Shown here: positions 62,465 to 64,000 of the stretch, in pieces
How the letters are laid out: every line of letters starts with the position of its first letter
How positions within the stretch are numbered: the first letter of the stretch is position 1
IMG/VR virus record: IMGVR_UViG_3300049563_000052
Coordinates: 33,020-97,019 of that record
Length of the DNA stretch: 64,000 nt
Origin: a virus
Taxonomy: Duplodnaviria > Caudoviricetes
Strand: one strand, 5' to 3'
Notes under the pieces: generated by a model
What the model was told of the DNA's origin: nothing
What the model saw: only the letters and a program-made list of their open reading frames with translations
Database searches by the model: none
Made by a program: the position numbers and the translations under genes

Positions 62465-62493
62465 ATTATGCGCGCCGGGCGCGCACGGGGCAA
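62465..62493 (-). promoter_or_regulatory. Housekeeping-sigma promoter TTGCCC-N17-CATAAT with operator palindrome in the spacer
   Basis: -35 at 62488-62493, -10 at 62465-62470, TGCGCGCC-G-GGCGCGCA at 62469-62485. Confidence 0.75.
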
Positions 62494-62553
62494 TGTGGGG
62501 GTTGCTGCGGCGCGCCTCCCCATACCTGCGCTTTACACGCGGAGGCTGTGCCG

Positions 62554-63996
62554 ATGCGTCGCGCACTGTCTACAGTCGCCGTACTCCTTGCGGCTCTGTC
62601 CCTCGCCGTGGCCGCCCCCACCTCCGCAGGCGCCGCCCCCGACCAACGCCAAGACGATGCCCGCAGCTCGCACTTCGGGTTCATGTTTCCGGAGCTACCC
62701 GGGTTCACCTCCCCGTCCAACCAGGACCTGGCCGACCTCGCGCAGACCCAGCTCGACCCGAACGCCGACAGCGAGAACAACCAAGACCCCGAGATGACGT
62801 CGGTGTACACGTACTTCGGGCAGTTCATCGATCACGACCTGACGTCCGACAGCTCCCCGCCGCCGACCGGCCCCGTCGACCCGACCACCCTGACCAACGG
62901 GCGCACCTTCCGGTTCGACCTGGACAGCGTGTACGGCGGCGGGCCGGACGTGTCCCCCCAGCTCTACGAAGCCGACGGGCAGCATTTCCGCGTGCAGAAC
63001 CCCAACGCCAACGGCGTCGTCGACCTGCCCCGCAACCCGGACGGATCCGCGATCCTCGTCGAGCCCCGCAACGACGAGAACGAGGTGATCTCGCAGATTC
63101 ACACGTCGTTCCTGCTGCTGCACAACAAGGAGATCGACCGGGGGCTGTCGTTCGCGGACGCGCAGCGCCGCGTGCTCGACCTCTACCAGTGGCTGGTGAC
63201 CAAGGAGATCCTGCCGCACTTCGTGGGCGAGGACCTCGCCGCCAAGGCCCTGTCCGGCCGGTTCCAGCACTTCTACCAGCCCGGCAACCCCAACGCGCCC
63301 ATGACCCCGGTCGAGTTCAGCGTCGCGGCGTACCGCTTCGGCCACTCCATGGTTCGCAGGGCTTACGAGCTCACCAACACCACCGGCAAGATCCAGGTGT
63401 TTTCCGCGACCCTGCCGGACCTGCGCGGCGGCCGGGCGTTGCCCGCCGGGCGGCAGATCGACTGGGGAAACTTCGTTTCCGAGCTGGAGCGCCCGGAGAA
63501 CGTTGTGCACGTCAACAAGTCCCGCAAGATGGACACCCTGATCTCCAGCAGCCTGTTCGTGCTGCCCATCCCCGGCGCCGAAGCCACCGGCAGCAACGTG
63601 TTGGCGTTCCGGAACATGGTGCGCGCGAAGTTCTACAACCTCGCCGACGGGCAAGACGTCTCGACCGCCATGGGCGTCGACCCGATCACCCCGGATCAGC
63701 TGGGCCTGGCCGCACCGTTCGATAACGGCACCCCGCTCTGGTACTACGTCCTCGCCGAGGCCAGCCGCACCACCGACGGCAAGACGCTGGGCCCGGTCGG
63801 CGGGCACATCGTGGCGGACGTGTTCGTCACCCTGCTCCAGATCGACAAGGACAGCATCTTGCGCGGCGAGCGTCGCTTCACCCCGTCCGCGCCGGAAGCC
63901 CCCGAGGGCACCTTCGACCTCGGGGACCTGTTCGTGGCGGCCGGGCTCGCCACCCGCCCGGACAACCCGTCCGGGCCCACCCCGCGCGGGACCTGA
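62554..63996 (+). CDS. Secreted heme peroxidase (peroxidase-cyclooxygenase superfamily)
   Basis: Signal peptide; TYFGQFIDHD, LDSVYG, RNDEN, EFSVAAYRFGHSMVR, PLWYYVLAEA, LGPVGG. Confidence 0.92.
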   Translation: MRRALSTVAVLLAALSLAVAAPTSAGAAPDQRQDDARSSHFGFMFPELPGFTSPSNQDLADLAQTQLDPNADSENNQDPEMTSVYTYFGQFIDHDLTSDSSPPPTGPVDPTTLTNGRTFRFDLDSVYGGGPDVSPQLYEADGQHFRVQNPNANGVVDLPRNPDGSAILVEPRNDENEVISQIHTSFLLLHNKEIDRGLSFADAQRRVLDLYQWLVTKEILPHFVGEDLAAKALSGRFQHFYQPGNPNAPMTPVEFSVAAYRFGHSMVRRAYELTNTTGKIQVFSATLPDLRGGRALPAGRQIDWGNFVSELERPENVVHVNKSRKMDTLISSSLFVLPIPGAEATGSNVLAFRNMVRAKFYNLADGQDVSTAMGVDPITPDQLGLAAPFDNGTPLWYYVLAEASRTTDGKTLGPVGGHIVADVFVTLLQIDKDSILRGERRFTPSAPEAPEGTFDLGDLFVAAGLATRPDNPSGPTPRGT

Positions 63997-64000
63997 CCGC

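Noticed and set aside
1-64000. Window as a complete circular genome
   Set aside because: No terminal overlap, and the gene at 1-184 is truncated

Overview
The window is most of a high-GC actinobacterial siphovirus or prophage with an HK97-type head. Layout: small, mostly leftward early genes (1-3.8 kb); a repeat-rich intergenic region, an HNH gene and a probable cos/packaging region (3.8-4.7 kb); a rightward late region (4.8-48.1 kb); a short leftward block; a rightward recombination/replication block (YqaJ/RecE exonuclease, RecT, Rep initiator with internal ori, RusA); another leftward block; and a secreted heme peroxidase at the right edge. The late region runs: ParB-like + TET/JBP dioxygenase + TET-associated glycosyltransferase (DNA hypermodification), an M15 lysin, a degenerate QueC-like gene, an Acb2/Tad1-like gene, terminase, portal, protease, capsid, a stand-alone Rpf-LysM, head-fibre-like repeat proteins, the tail module (PL7-lyase/hub fusion, S74 fibre) and a second lysis cassette (GH25, holins, papain-like protease). 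I recognised no integrase, classical repressor, DNA polymerase, tRNA or CRISPR array. The most unusual signals are: (i) the same hairpin-RBS-leader ORF-antisense promoter architecture in front of both the rep gene and the recE/recT operon, plus a C4/CI-like structured RNA complementary to the rep leader; (ii) two unrelated lysins 38 kb apart that share a C-terminal module, each with an in-frame internal RBS and start; (iii) a TET-glycosyltransferase cluster with no visible C5-methyltransferase and an orphan QueC-like gene; (iv) a palindromic operator (TGCGCGCC-N-GGCGCGCA) inside several leaderless promoters. All family assignments come from motif recognition by eye; no database searches were run.
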